A program made the position numbers and the translations under genes. A stretch of 64,000 bases of DNA from an uncultured delta proteobacterium (lineage in GTDB: Bacteria; Desulfobacterota; Syntrophia; Syntrophales; Smithellaceae): assembly GCA_963753975.1 (NCBI GenBank), contig CAVWEH010000005.1, positions 512,001-576,000 of the forward strand, in the 5' to 3' direction. The notes below the pieces were generated by a model that had not been told where the DNA came from, did no database searches, and was given only the letters and a program-made list of their open reading frames with translations. Positions 1 to 9,373 of the stretch are shown here, one piece after another. Every line of letters begins with the position of its first letter. Position 1 is the first letter of the stretch.

Positions 1-1474
1 CCGTGTGGCTGGCTGCTGCATGGGCGCCTGCTTCCGTACGCCCGCCTTTTAAAGCAATAATCGGTTTTTTTCTGCCAACTCGTTTTGCCGCTTCAAAAAA
101 TCTTCGGCCGTTTTTAATACTTTCTATATATAAAACTACCGTCTTGGTCAGTTCATCAACTTCAAATCCCTCCATAGCATCTTCAATTGTTATCATTGCT
201 TCATTGCCCGAACCGCCGAACGCGCGGATGCCAATCCCTTCCTTTTCAGCAAAAGCCAATAGCTGTGTTCCCAGATTACCTGATTGCGTGACCAAAATAG
301 TACTTCCCGCTTTTGGTCGCACATGTGTGCCTGTGCAATAAAGGGATATGTAGGGATTGCATATCCCCATTGTGTTGGGGCCGAGAATTAGAATTCCTGC
401 TTCCCTCGCCTGCCTTACCAACTCATCTTCCAGGGCTTTGCCTTCCGCACCTATTTCAGCAAAACCCGACGAGATAAGTAATACATTTTTTATTTTCTTT
501 ATCTTCAGTTCAGGTATTAAGGATAAGACTCTGCTTGCCGGAATTGTAATAACAGCAAGGTCAACCGGATCGGGTATTTCGGTTACAGATTTAAATACAT
601 GCCTTCCGATAATTTCTCCGCCTTTGGAATTCACCAAGTAGATTCTCCCTTGGTATTTTCCCGCGAGAACATTAGTGAACATTAATTGCCCCCATTTGCT
701 GATCTCTGCGGAAGCGCCAATAAATGCAATTGATTTCGGATAAAATAAATGTCCTATTGCCTTAGGTTCTATGGCAACAGGAGTTACTTTTTTATCGGGT
801 ACCTTCCCCAAAACTATAAGGGCGTCAACCGCCGTTACTTTGCCATCGGCAGTAACTAATAATGGATTAATATCAATTTCTCTTATTTCGGGTATCTCTG
901 TTCCAATTTTTGACAACCCCGCGATTGTTTTGATAAGCGCTTCTTTGTCCGCAGCTTTCTCCCCGCGAAACGCTCCCAGCAATTTTTGGGCATCTAATTC
1001 TCCGATCATTCTTCTTGCGTCATTTTCATCAAGAGGGGCAATGGAAAAAACAACGTCTCCGATTGCTTCGGTAAAAATTCCACCCAATCCGAACATCACC
1101 GTAGGACCAAACTGATCATCATGAAAAAGCCCTGCAACAAATTCTCTTTTACCCTTCAACATCGGTTGGATTAGGAAGCCTTCTAAATCACTTCCCGCCG
1201 CATCTTTTATATATAGCGCGGCAGCGTGCATATCTTCCTTATTCTTTAGGTTCAGCTTCACCAGGCCTCTTTCCGTTTTGTGTGTAAGACGAGAGCCTAA
1301 ACCTTTTAAAACAAGCGGATAACCTGTTTTTTCCGCCATGCTTTCTGCTTCTTCTATGGACTTAGCAATTTTTTCCTCCACAACCGGAACACCATATTTT
1401 TTTAACACTTCTTTAGCTTCCGCTTCTGTTAGCGTCGATCTTCCCTGGGACTTTGCTCTATTAATTATATCCAA
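1..1474 (-). CDS. ADP-forming acyl-CoA synthetase (ATP-grasp domain followed by CoA-binding domain), 3' part runs off the window
   Basis: Absent from the ORF track because it has no stop in the window. Manual translation from TTG at 1474 (RBS GGAGGG) gives MDIINRAKSQGRSTLTEAEAKEVLKKYGVPV...DDQFGPTVMFGLGG...EIDINPL...AFIGASA...ILGPNTMG. Confidence 0.85.
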   Translation of the reverse strand, partial: MDIINRAKSQGRSTLTEAEAKEVLKKYGVPVVEEKIAKSIEEAESMAEKTGYPLVLKGLGSRLTHKTERGLVKLNLKNKEDMHAAALYIKDAAGSDLEGFLIQPMLKGKREFVAGLFHDDQFGPTVMFGLGGIFTEAIGDVVFSIAPLDENDARRMIGELDAQKLLGAFRGEKAADKEALIKTIAGLSKIGTEIPEIREIDINPLLVTADGKVTAVDALIVLGKVPDKKVTPVAIEPKAIGHLFYPKSIAFIGASAEISKWGQLMFTNVLAGKYQGRIYLVNSKGGEIIGRHVFKSVTEIPDPVDLAVITIPASRVLSLIPELKIKKIKNVLLISSGFAEIGAEGKALEDELVRQAREAGILILGPNTMGICNPYISLYCTGTHVRPKAGSTILVTQSGNLGTQLLAFAEKEGIGIRAFGGSGNEAMITIEDAMEGFEVDELTKTVVLYIESIKNGRRFFEAAKRVGRKKPIIALKGGRTEAGAHAAASHT

Positions 1475-1670
1475 CTTCTTCCCTCCAAATAGACTGGTAA
1501 ACAGATTCCTTTGCAACGATATATTTAAATTATATTAATTATATTAGATGCTTATGCCATATACGGCTTGCCGCTCTGACTTCTAGTCATTAACACATGT
1601 TGCCTGATAATGCAACCATCTTCTTTCCGTGTCAATTTAATTTCCGTATTTACAAAACACATTTTTCTTC

Positions 1671-1699
1671 TTGACGAAACCATTTTGCACCAATACATT
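1671..1699 (+). promoter_or_regulatory. sigma70-type promoter candidate
   Basis: TTGACG-17 bp-TACATT upstream of 1774. Confidence 0.5.
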
Positions 1700-1773
1700 T
1701 ATATAGAAAAATAATTGTGCTTTTACTAAAAATATAAAAGGACATTTTCTGATTTCTTTATTGCGGATACTCT

Positions 1774-2283
1774 ATGGCTGAAGATGAAATCAAACAAATT
1801 ATGATTAACGGCCGTTTGGTTGGTATTCTCGGCTTAGAGGATTCAATAAAGAAAATAGCTAAAAACTATAAAGGTAAAAGCGATGAAGAAATCAAAAAAA
1901 ACTTGCTGCAAGAGATTTCCGCTGACAATTATGTGCCTACGGCTGCAATAGCTGCTTATGGGCAGGCACTTTTGCGCGAATTTAAGATAGCGCAAAGATT
2001 GCCTGTTGCTGAAGAAAATATGCCTGGACTTAATATAGCAGTTTTGGGGATGGGTTGCTCGCGCTGCAATCAATTGGAAGATGATGTCCGCAATTTACTT
2101 TCGGAAATGAAAATTGCCGCCAATCTGACTCATATTAGCGACTTTAAGGAAATAGCGCGTTATGGAGTCCTAGGTTCTCCGGCACTGGTAATAAATAATG
2201 AGGTCGTCTCCGCAGGCGAAATACCGCCCAAAAGCAAAATCCGTCAGTGGATAATCGATGCATGTAATCGACCGAATAAATAA
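1774..2283 (+). CDS. Small redox-active disulfide (thioredoxin-like, MTH895-type) protein with an N-terminal extra domain
   Basis: VLGMGCSRC and YGVLGSPALVIN motifs. Confidence 0.75.
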   Translation: MAEDEIKQIMINGRLVGILGLEDSIKKIAKNYKGKSDEEIKKNLLQEISADNYVPTAAIAAYGQALLREFKIAQRLPVAEENMPGLNIAVLGMGCSRCNQLEDDVRNLLSEMKIAANLTHISDFKEIARYGVLGSPALVINNEVVSAGEIPPKSKIRQWIIDACNRPNK

Positions 2284-2310
2284 TATTAAAATATTCTGCA
2301 TAATTTAAAA

Positions 2311-2814
2311 ATGACCCAAAATAATCTCTCGCCAAAACTTTATCCGGCTTTTCTCAAAGGCATTATTATCCTGGCAGTTGCTTTATTTATTGCCGTTATT
2401 TTTAACTTGATCCGGCCTGCCGCTATAAACATATTCGGTTTTTCCTCCGCAGCTTTAGTCAAGGAAGAGCAAGCTAAAATTCCCAAAATAACTCTTTCCA
2501 CAGCTTACAATCTGTATCTAAAAAATAAAGTTATATTTATTGACGCTCGCGATCCTCTGAGCTACGCAGATGGTCATATAATGGGAGCAATCAACATCTA
2601 TCCTGATGAAGCTGCACTCTACTCGGCCAACCTAAGAATTAAAGCCGATCAGGGTTTCATTTTTATAGCATACTGCGACGGCCCCCAATGCCCTTTGAGC
2701 AAAGAAACGGCGTACGCCTTATTGCTGAGGGGCATTCCCGATGTGAAGGTTTTTGTTAATGGATGGATTCTTTGGTTAAAGGCCGGTCATCCCGTCTCGA
2801 GGGGAAAGAAATGA
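2311..2814 (+). CDS. Membrane-anchored rhodanese-like domain protein
   Basis: N-terminal TM helix; FIDAR, GHIMGAINI, YCDGPQCPLS and GW motifs. Confidence 0.85.
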   Translation: MTQNNLSPKLYPAFLKGIIILAVALFIAVIFNLIRPAAINIFGFSSAALVKEEQAKIPKITLSTAYNLYLKNKVIFIDARDPLSYADGHIMGAINIYPDEAALYSANLRIKADQGFIFIAYCDGPQCPLSKETAYALLLRGIPDVKVFVNGWILWLKAGHPVSRGKK

Positions 2815-3260
2815 CATTAAAAAATCCCTCTCGGGCTTTCATCCCTGTATTTGCCCTGGTTTGCCGGTTGACTCTGGCAATTATCTTCTTTTATGCCGGC
2901 ATAGAAAAAATTATCGATCCCAGAGATTTTGCTATAGCTATTTATAACTATCAATTGCTTCCGGATCGCATTATCAATTTATCAGCGATATTTTTGCCGT
3001 GGCTGGAAGTTTTCATAGCGGCAAGTCTCGTCGGCGGAATTTATATACGAGGAGCCGCCTTATTATCCGCCTTATTGTTTCTCATATTCGCCGCGGCACT
3101 GACAATAAATTTAGTCAGGGGCCTGGATGTTTCCTGCGGCTGTTTTGGAGCGTCTTCGGGAAATATAAGTTGGCTTTATCTTGCGCGCGACCTTTCTCTT
3201 TTTTGTATGTCTGTCTTCGTTCTGATTTACGACCGCGGCTGGCGTTATTTTTTCGTTTAG
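2811..3260 (+). CDS. MauE/DoxX family membrane protein
   Basis: RLTLAIIFFYAGIEKI, LPWLE and SCGCFG motifs. The ATG at 2811 overlaps the upstream TGA. Confidence 0.85.
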   Translation: MTLKNPSRAFIPVFALVCRLTLAIIFFYAGIEKIIDPRDFAIAIYNYQLLPDRIINLSAIFLPWLEVFIAASLVGGIYIRGAALLSALLFLIFAAALTINLVRGLDVSCGCFGASSGNISWLYLARDLSLFCMSVFVLIYDRGWRYFFV

Positions 3261-3275
3261 CGCTCGCGCAAACTA

Positions 3276-4049
3276 TCACTTTTGGCAACCAGGGCAATAA
3301 AAAGTGCTTCGTCCTCCCTGTTTTATCCTGCGTACTGTGCCTCCGCAAGTCATACATTGTTTTCCTTCTTGCCCGTAAACTTTCAATTCGTGCTGATTCT
3401 CACCTTTGCGGCCATACAAATCCCGCCAATCGGAAATCGACGTTCCTCTCTTGCCAATCGCTTTTTGGAGCACTATTTTAGCTTGATGAAATATCTTTCT
3501 CCACTCCGCTTCTTTCAATGTCGCCGCTGCTCTTTCGGGATGGATGCGCGCCTCGTATAAAATCTCACAGGCGTAAATATTGCCGATGCCGCTTACGGCA
3601 TTTTGATCCATTATCAGAGACTTCACTTTCGTCCTACGGCTGCCGTGAGCACTGACAAAATTTTTAAGGTCAAAATCCCTAAATATTTCACTCCCGGCAG
3701 CGTTTTTCTCTTCCTGCGACACTCTGATTGTCGCAAAACGGCGTGGATCTACCAGAAATACATTTCCGTCAGCAAATGACATCCTCCAGCGGCTGTGCTT
3801 ACGCTTTGACGAAATCTTCTGCCATAAAAGCCTTCCGGTCATGCGCAAATGAATAAAGATGATATTTCCGTCATCAAGAATGACCGCAATCATTTTGCCT
3901 TTGCGCTCTACTGCGACTATTCTTCTTCCCTTAATACCCTTTATGCTCTTTAATTTATCATCGAACACTGCGGTGGATAAAATTTCTTTGCCGCAAATTT
4001 TCTTTTTCAGTTGCCGACACAATGTTTCTACTTCGGGTAATTCAGGCAT
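3276..4049 (-). CDS. mutM: Formamidopyrimidine-DNA glycosylase
   Basis: MPELPEVE N-terminus (start moved to 4049), HLRMTG, GIGNIYACE and a C-terminal Zn finger. Confidence 0.95.
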   Translation of the reverse strand: MPELPEVETLCRQLKKKICGKEILSTAVFDDKLKSIKGIKGRRIVAVERKGKMIAVILDDGNIIFIHLRMTGRLLWQKISSKRKHSRWRMSFADGNVFLVDPRRFATIRVSQEEKNAAGSEIFRDFDLKNFVSAHGSRRTKVKSLIMDQNAVSGIGNIYACEILYEARIHPERAAATLKEAEWRKIFHQAKIVLQKAIGKRGTSISDWRDLYGRKGENQHELKVYGQEGKQCMTCGGTVRRIKQGGRSTFYCPGCQK

Positions 4050-4356
4050 TTTTTCGCTCCATGGCTGCCGGGACACATTTATCTTCTGCTTTTATTGTTA
4101 CTAAAAATAATTTCTTTTGCCTACTTCTTTTTTCGGTTTAACAAGTACAGCAGAAAAACCATCTAAGAAATTTTTTGAGGCTTTATGGATTAGATTTACA
4201 TAATTGTTTGCGCGACACGAAAAATTTTCAATTGATGTTTGATCAAGAATACGAAAATTGAAAATTCGGCGAACAAAAAAGCAAAGGACGCGAGAGAAAT
4301 TTATTTTAGAGAAAAATTTCATCTGTAAAAAAAAAGTCGTTTTATGAAAAAAAGTG

Positions 4357-4384
4357 TTGACAAATTTTTTTCTACGCGTACATT
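4357..4384 (+). promoter_or_regulatory. sigma70-type promoter candidate for the kamA cluster
   Basis: TTGACA-16 bp-TACATT inside a very AT-rich leader. Confidence 0.45.
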
Positions 4385-4457
4385 CAAATTATAGATTTTT
4401 ATTTTTTACATATAAAAAAATTTTTGCGGAGGAAAAACCTCCAGAAGGAGTAATCAA

Positions 4458-5768
4458 ATGGAAAACGAGACCCTATTTAATGAGGAGGCGGAACCTCCTG
4501 GTCCAGCGACCGGTCTTGTTAAAGTTAAAAATGAAGTAATTGACTTTTTCTCGATAGACGCAAAAACTAACCAGCCATATCCGGCTAAACAAAAGTCTGA
4601 CAGGATTATATTCCCTTTCAAAGATTCGGCTCGTTCACGTCTTTTCCGCAAACGACATTACCCAGACATAACCCGCTTCGAATGGTTCGACTGGCATTGG
4701 CAGCTGCGCAATGCCATAAGAGACGTCGACACATTATCGCAAATTATAAACTTGTCCGATAATGAACGTCAGGCGATGATGCACCATGCGGGAGCCCTGC
4801 CGGTTTCCATTACCCCATACTACGCGAGTTTGCTCGATCCTTTCGATGCTTCGGCTCCGCTGCGCCGCTGCGTTGTCCCGGTAGTCGATGAATGCCTCCA
4901 TACCGCGGGCGAAGAAGAAGATCCCTTGAACGAGGATGCCGATTCCCCAGTTCCCGGGATTGTGCATCGTTATCCTGACCGCGCTCTATTTTTGGTAACT
5001 GATTCCTGCTCTACCTATTGCCGTTATTGCACGCGTTCCCGCATTATTGAACGCAGTAATCAGTCCTATGTCGATTTCGAAAAATGGGAGAAGGCTATAG
5101 AGTATATCGAAAGCAATCAAAACATCCGAGATGTTCTTCTCTCTGGCGGTGATCCTTTAACCTTGTCCGACAACAAGCTGGAATGGCTGTTGATGCGCTT
5201 GCACAAAATTCCTCATATTGAACTTTTGCGTATCGGAACAAAAGTACCGGTTGTTTTGCCGCAGAGAATAACTCCGGCTTTAAGCGCCATGCTGAAAAAA
5301 TACCATCCTCTATGGATAAGTATTCATATTGCTCATCCCGATGAACTGACGCCGGAAATGAGCGCCGCGTGCATTCGCTTGGCCGATGCCGGAATTCCAC
5401 TGGGCAGTCAGACCGTGCTGCTTTCCGGCATTAATGATAACGTCGCCACAATGATGAGGCTGGTACACGGTCAATTGCAAATCCGGGTTCGTCCCTACTA
5501 TCTCTACCAGTGCGATCCCATTCCCGGCTCCTCTCATTTCCGCACACCGGTTAGTAAAGGACTGGAAATCATTCAGGGGCTACGCGGATATACAACGGGA
5601 TATGCCGTGCCTACTTATGTTGTCGATGCTCCCGGCGGTGGCGGAAAAATCCCTTTGCTTCCTGAACATGCTGTAGGCTGGGAAAAAGGCGACTTGCTTT
5701 TGCGCAATTATGAAGGAAATATTTTCCGTTATCCCGATAATCACGCAGAGCAAAAAGATATACATTAA
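4458..5768 (+). CDS. kamA: KamA-family radical SAM/PLP enzyme (lysine 2,3-aminomutase-like)
   Basis: HRYPDR, CSTYCRYC, LLSGGDPL, YLYQCD and VVDAPGGGGK (PLP lysine). Confidence 0.85.
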   Translation: MENETLFNEEAEPPGPATGLVKVKNEVIDFFSIDAKTNQPYPAKQKSDRIIFPFKDSARSRLFRKRHYPDITRFEWFDWHWQLRNAIRDVDTLSQIINLSDNERQAMMHHAGALPVSITPYYASLLDPFDASAPLRRCVVPVVDECLHTAGEEEDPLNEDADSPVPGIVHRYPDRALFLVTDSCSTYCRYCTRSRIIERSNQSYVDFEKWEKAIEYIESNQNIRDVLLSGGDPLTLSDNKLEWLLMRLHKIPHIELLRIGTKVPVVLPQRITPALSAMLKKYHPLWISIHIAHPDELTPEMSAACIRLADAGIPLGSQTVLLSGINDNVATMMRLVHGQLQIRVRPYYLYQCDPIPGSSHFRTPVSKGLEIIQGLRGYTTGYAVPTYVVDAPGGGGKIPLLPEHAVGWEKGDLLLRNYEGNIFRYPDNHAEQKDIH

Positions 5769-5807
5769 AATATTAGTTAATTAAAAGCCGGGGGTAGATA
5801 GTTCTAT

Positions 5808-6806
5808 TTGATTATGGCTGTTAAAAAGTTGAAAGTTGGATTGACTTATGATCTGCGAGACGATTACCTAAAAGAAGGATACTCTCTTGAAGAAACAGCC
5901 GAATTTGATCTGCCCGATACTATTGACGCAATTGAAAAAGTCATTTTAGATAACGGTTACAAAGCCTGCCGAATCGGCAATATTAAAGCTTTGGTCCGCC
6001 ATCTTGCGGCAGGAGAACGTTGGGACATTGTTTTCAATATTGCCGAAGGTCTGCATGGTTTTGGCCGCGAGGCACAAGTTCCCGCCCTGTTAGACGCTTA
6101 CAAGATTCCCTATACTTTCTCCGACCCATTAGGACAGGCCATTACACTCCATAAAGGAATGACTAAAAATATCATTCGCGGCCTGGGAATTCCCACTCCT
6201 GACTTTGCCGTAGTTGGTAATGTCAAAGATATTGCCAGAGTCAACCTTCTTTATCCTCTTTTTGCCAAGCCGATAGCGGAAGGTACGGGTAAAGGCATAA
6301 CACCTATGTCGAAAATAAATAATCGGGAAGAACTACATCATGTTTGCCTGAACCTTTTACAAAACTTTAACCAACCGGTTCTTGTAGAAACTTATCTATC
6401 CGGCCGCGAATTTACAGTGGGTATACTAGGGACAGGTAAAGATGCCCGAGCCTTGGGTACGCTAGAGGTTATTCTCAAACCTATCGCGGAAAAAAATGCG
6501 TATTCTTATGAAAACAAGGAACACTATGATAAAGTGGTCCAATATGTTCTGGTTAATGATGATGAAGCCAAAAAAGCGATGGAAATATCACTTATGGCCT
6601 GGCAAGCTCTGGATTTAAAGGATGCCGGCCGTATTGACTTACGTTCTGACGCTCGCGGCATGCCTCATTTTATGGAAGTTAATCCTCTCGCCGGCTTAAA
6701 CCCCATACGTTCGGATTTGCCTATTTTGTGCACTCAATTAGGCATGAGCTATCATGAACTAATAAGTTCCATCATTGAATCGGCCATAAAGCGCGCTAAT
6801 AACTAA
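5808..6806 (+). CDS. D-Ala-D-Ala ligase-like ATP-grasp enzyme 1
   Basis: VFNIAEG, KPIAEGTGKGI, GREFTV, RIDLR and MEVNPLAGL. Atypical N-terminus (GLTYDLR). Confidence 0.85.
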   Translation: MIMAVKKLKVGLTYDLRDDYLKEGYSLEETAEFDLPDTIDAIEKVILDNGYKACRIGNIKALVRHLAAGERWDIVFNIAEGLHGFGREAQVPALLDAYKIPYTFSDPLGQAITLHKGMTKNIIRGLGIPTPDFAVVGNVKDIARVNLLYPLFAKPIAEGTGKGITPMSKINNREELHHVCLNLLQNFNQPVLVETYLSGREFTVGILGTGKDARALGTLEVILKPIAEKNAYSYENKEHYDKVVQYVLVNDDEAKKAMEISLMAWQALDLKDAGRIDLRSDARGMPHFMEVNPLAGLNPIRSDLPILCTQLGMSYHELISSIIESAIKRANN

Positions 6807-6846
6807 TCATCAATCCAGATTGGCTGAATATTCTTCATGAAAGATT

Positions 6847-7842
6847 ATGATGAAAAAAATACTAATTTTGCACAGTGATATTTCGCCGGATGCCACAGAG
6901 GATGAACTTGATTGTCTCAAACAAGCCGAGACAATTGAAGCAGCCTTGCGCCGTCTGGATTACGAGCCCACGCTTTTTCCTTTTGGCCTTGATTTAAACC
7001 AAACGATAAAAAAGCTGAAATTCTTAAAACCGCAAGTCGTTTTCAACATAGCGGAAACTTTGGCCGCCAAAGGCAGTTTAATTTATTTCGCTCCCGCTAT
7101 TCTCGATATTCTGCAGATTCCTTATACCGGTTGCGGCACGCAAGCCTTGTTCCAAACATCAAACAAACCCCTGGCCAAAAAAATCATGTATGATGCCCAT
7201 ATTGCCACTCCGGCCTGGGTAACGCAAGAAGAGTTCAGCTCTCAAACTGCTCCTGCTAATATATATTTAATCAAATCTTCATGGGAACACGCTTCTATCG
7301 GTTTGGATGAAAACTCCCTCATTCGTTATACGAATAATGAAAATCTTTTGAAGGAAATGATCCGCCGCAAAGAAAAACTCGGCGGTTCTTGTTATGCCGA
7401 AGCCTATATTGACGGGCGTGAATTCAGTATAGCCCTTATCTCCGCTCCATCCGGTGTGATGGTTTTGCCGGTAGCCGAGATGCTTTTTCGGGATTATGCT
7501 CCGGATAAACCAAAGCTTGTGGACTATAAAGCCAAATGGGTGGCGGATTCTTTTGAGTACAATAACACAATACAAAAATTTGATTTCAATGAAACCGATG
7601 CTAACCTTATATCGGCCATGCGTGAAATTGCGCTGCGTTGTTGGCATCTTTTCGGTTTGCGCGGATACGCGCGAGTCGATTTTCGCGTTGATAATAACGG
7701 CAAGCCATGGGTACTGGAAATCAATTCAAATCCTTGCTTGTCGACTGATGCCGGTTTCGCCGCTGCGCTGGAACAGGCAAAAATAAAATATCACGAAGCT
7801 ATCGAGCTCATTATCAACGATGCTTTGAAATCACGGGTATGA
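6847..7842 (+). CDS. D-Ala-D-Ala ligase-like ATP-grasp enzyme 2
   Basis: VFNIAE, PYTG, EAYIDGREF, GYARVDFR and LEINSNPCL. Confidence 0.85.
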   Translation: MMKKILILHSDISPDATEDELDCLKQAETIEAALRRLDYEPTLFPFGLDLNQTIKKLKFLKPQVVFNIAETLAAKGSLIYFAPAILDILQIPYTGCGTQALFQTSNKPLAKKIMYDAHIATPAWVTQEEFSSQTAPANIYLIKSSWEHASIGLDENSLIRYTNNENLLKEMIRRKEKLGGSCYAEAYIDGREFSIALISAPSGVMVLPVAEMLFRDYAPDKPKLVDYKAKWVADSFEYNNTIQKFDFNETDANLISAMREIALRCWHLFGLRGYARVDFRVDNNGKPWVLEINSNPCLSTDAGFAAALEQAKIKYHEAIELIINDALKSRV

Positions 7843-8112
7843 ACCCCAAGCAAGCTGTGGAGGTATTATACTCCTGCTTTATACGGGACAATTCGACCTG
7901 CAAGCTTCAGCAGTGACGTGACCCTTTAGGTTTTGCACTTTGTTTCTGAAACTTGGGTCTCACTACAATATAGCTCCACTTAGCTTCGCACGTGGGATAA
8001 TTCAACTTACAGATATTACTGCACTGCGTTTGTGGAGCACCTCTGTAAGGAGCCGAAAGCTATTTTCAAAGACACGACATCCCGTGATGGGATAATATCT
8101 GAGTTTCATTAG
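7830..8112. repeat. Modular non-coding repeat, family R1, copy A
   Basis: Shares blocks with 62912-63131 (tcacgggtatgaaccc; tgcactttgtttctgaa.c/ttgggtctca.ta; aattc.acttaca) and, inverted, with 33685-33847. Confidence 0.85.
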
Positions 8113-8160
8113 AATTGAAGTTTCACAAATGAAAAGGGAGCTAAATGCTCAAACACTTTT

Positions 8161-8649
8161 ATGGCTAATCTTCAAATAACATTCAGACAACAAATCAAAC
8201 AAACTGACGTCGAGGCAATTGAAAAGATTGTGAGCTCCAGCGGTTTCTTTTCTTCCGCGGAAATCGATATTGCGTTAGAATTAGCTGAGGAAAAATTAGC
8301 GGAAGGCACTGCCAGTTCTTACCAGTTTTTATTTGCCGAAGTCGAAAATATTGTCTGCGGTTATAGCTGTTTCGGCTTAATACCGATGACTTCCGCAAGC
8401 TACGATCTTTATTGGATCGCCGTAAATGAAAATATACGTGGCCAAAGTATAGGGAAAAAACTGCTGTCTAAATCTGAGGAAATTATCTTTAGTTTAGGCG
8501 GCAAACGTATTTATGTGGAGACATCTTCCCGCAATCAATATCGTCCAACACACAATTTTTATGAAAGTTGTGGCTATCGTAAGGAAGCAATTTTAAAAGA
8601 TTTCTACTCCCCGGGCGACAGTAAAATTATTTATTCCAAAGAGCTCTAA
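8161..8649 (+). CDS. GNAT family N-acetyltransferase
   Basis: YDLYWIAV...RGQSIGKKLL, IYVETS and FYESCGY. Confidence 0.9.
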   Translation: MANLQITFRQQIKQTDVEAIEKIVSSSGFFSSAEIDIALELAEEKLAEGTASSYQFLFAEVENIVCGYSCFGLIPMTSASYDLYWIAVNENIRGQSIGKKLLSKSEEIIFSLGGKRIYVETSSRNQYRPTHNFYESCGYRKEAILKDFYSPGDSKIIYSKEL

Positions 8650-8752
8650 AACCATTTAGCCGTCATGTTAAACAGCTTGCATTTTCCCCAATAATTAGCT
8701 AGAGGACTGCCTGAATTATTATCGCGAATTAAATTCTGAGGAGGAATCTTTC

Positions 8753-9373
8753 ATGCGTTTGTTTCCCAAAACGGAGAATTTTTTCGAATATTTCGAAGAG
8801 CTGGCCGGGAAAATCGAGGAAGGCGGTAATCTTTTTCTGGAAATGGCTCAAACTCGTGATTATTCCGACGTGAGAGTTGCCAAGCTTAAGGAAATTGAGC
8901 ACGAAGCGGACGGCATTACCCATAAGACATACGAAAAAATGCATAAGACATTTCTCACGCCAATAGATCGTGAGGATATTTACGCGCTTGTTAATAAAAT
9001 GGATAGTATTATGGATGTTATTGAAGCCACTGCTATCCGCATTCATCTCTATAATGTTAAAAAACCGGCTGATGAAATCATCAAACAGGCACAAATCCTG
9101 AATGATGCGATAAAAAAAATCAAAAGCATTGTCCACGCAATGCGCAACATGAAGAACTCTGCAATGATCCTTAACCACTGCGTGGAAATTAATACCCTGG
9201 AAAACGCCGGCGATGTTGTTTTAAGAACTATAATGGCCAATCTTTTTGAAAACGAGAAAGATGCTATTGAGCTTATAAAATGGAAAGATATTTTTCAACT
9301 TCTGGAAGAAGCAATAGACGTATGCGAGGATGTTTCCAATATCGTAGAAGGGATTGTCCTGAAACATGCTTGA
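8753..9373 (+). CDS. DUF47 / PhoU-like Pit accessory protein
   Basis: EHEADGI, FLTPIDREDI and ENAGD motifs; overlaps the pit gene. Confidence 0.9.
   Translation: MRLFPKTENFFEYFEELAGKIEEGGNLFLEMAQTRDYSDVRVAKLKEIEHEADGITHKTYEKMHKTFLTPIDREDIYALVNKMDSIMDVIEATAIRIHLYNVKKPADEIIKQAQILNDAIKKIKSIVHAMRNMKNSAMILNHCVEINTLENAGDVVLRTIMANLFENEKDAIELIKWKDIFQLLEEAIDVCEDVSNIVEGIVLKHA

Noticed and set aside
3..1538. Plus-strand ORFs at the window start
   Set aside because: Antisense shadows of the minus-strand acyl-CoA synthetase
4080..4457. Lysine riboswitch before kamA, and the ORFs 4101-4322 and 4354-4539
   Set aside because: Too AT-rich with no recognisable riboswitch helices; the ORFs are low-complexity F/K-rich products of the tracts
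4458..5768. EF-P beta-lysylation protein EpmB or glutamate 2,3-aminomutase
   Set aside because: No efp or epmA nearby; length, the GGGGK motif and both Asp residues fit the lysine aminomutase type
5808..7842. Housekeeping ddl for peptidoglycan
   Set aside because: Both lack the usual GG.S.E.EVS N-terminal motif and lie outside a dcw cluster
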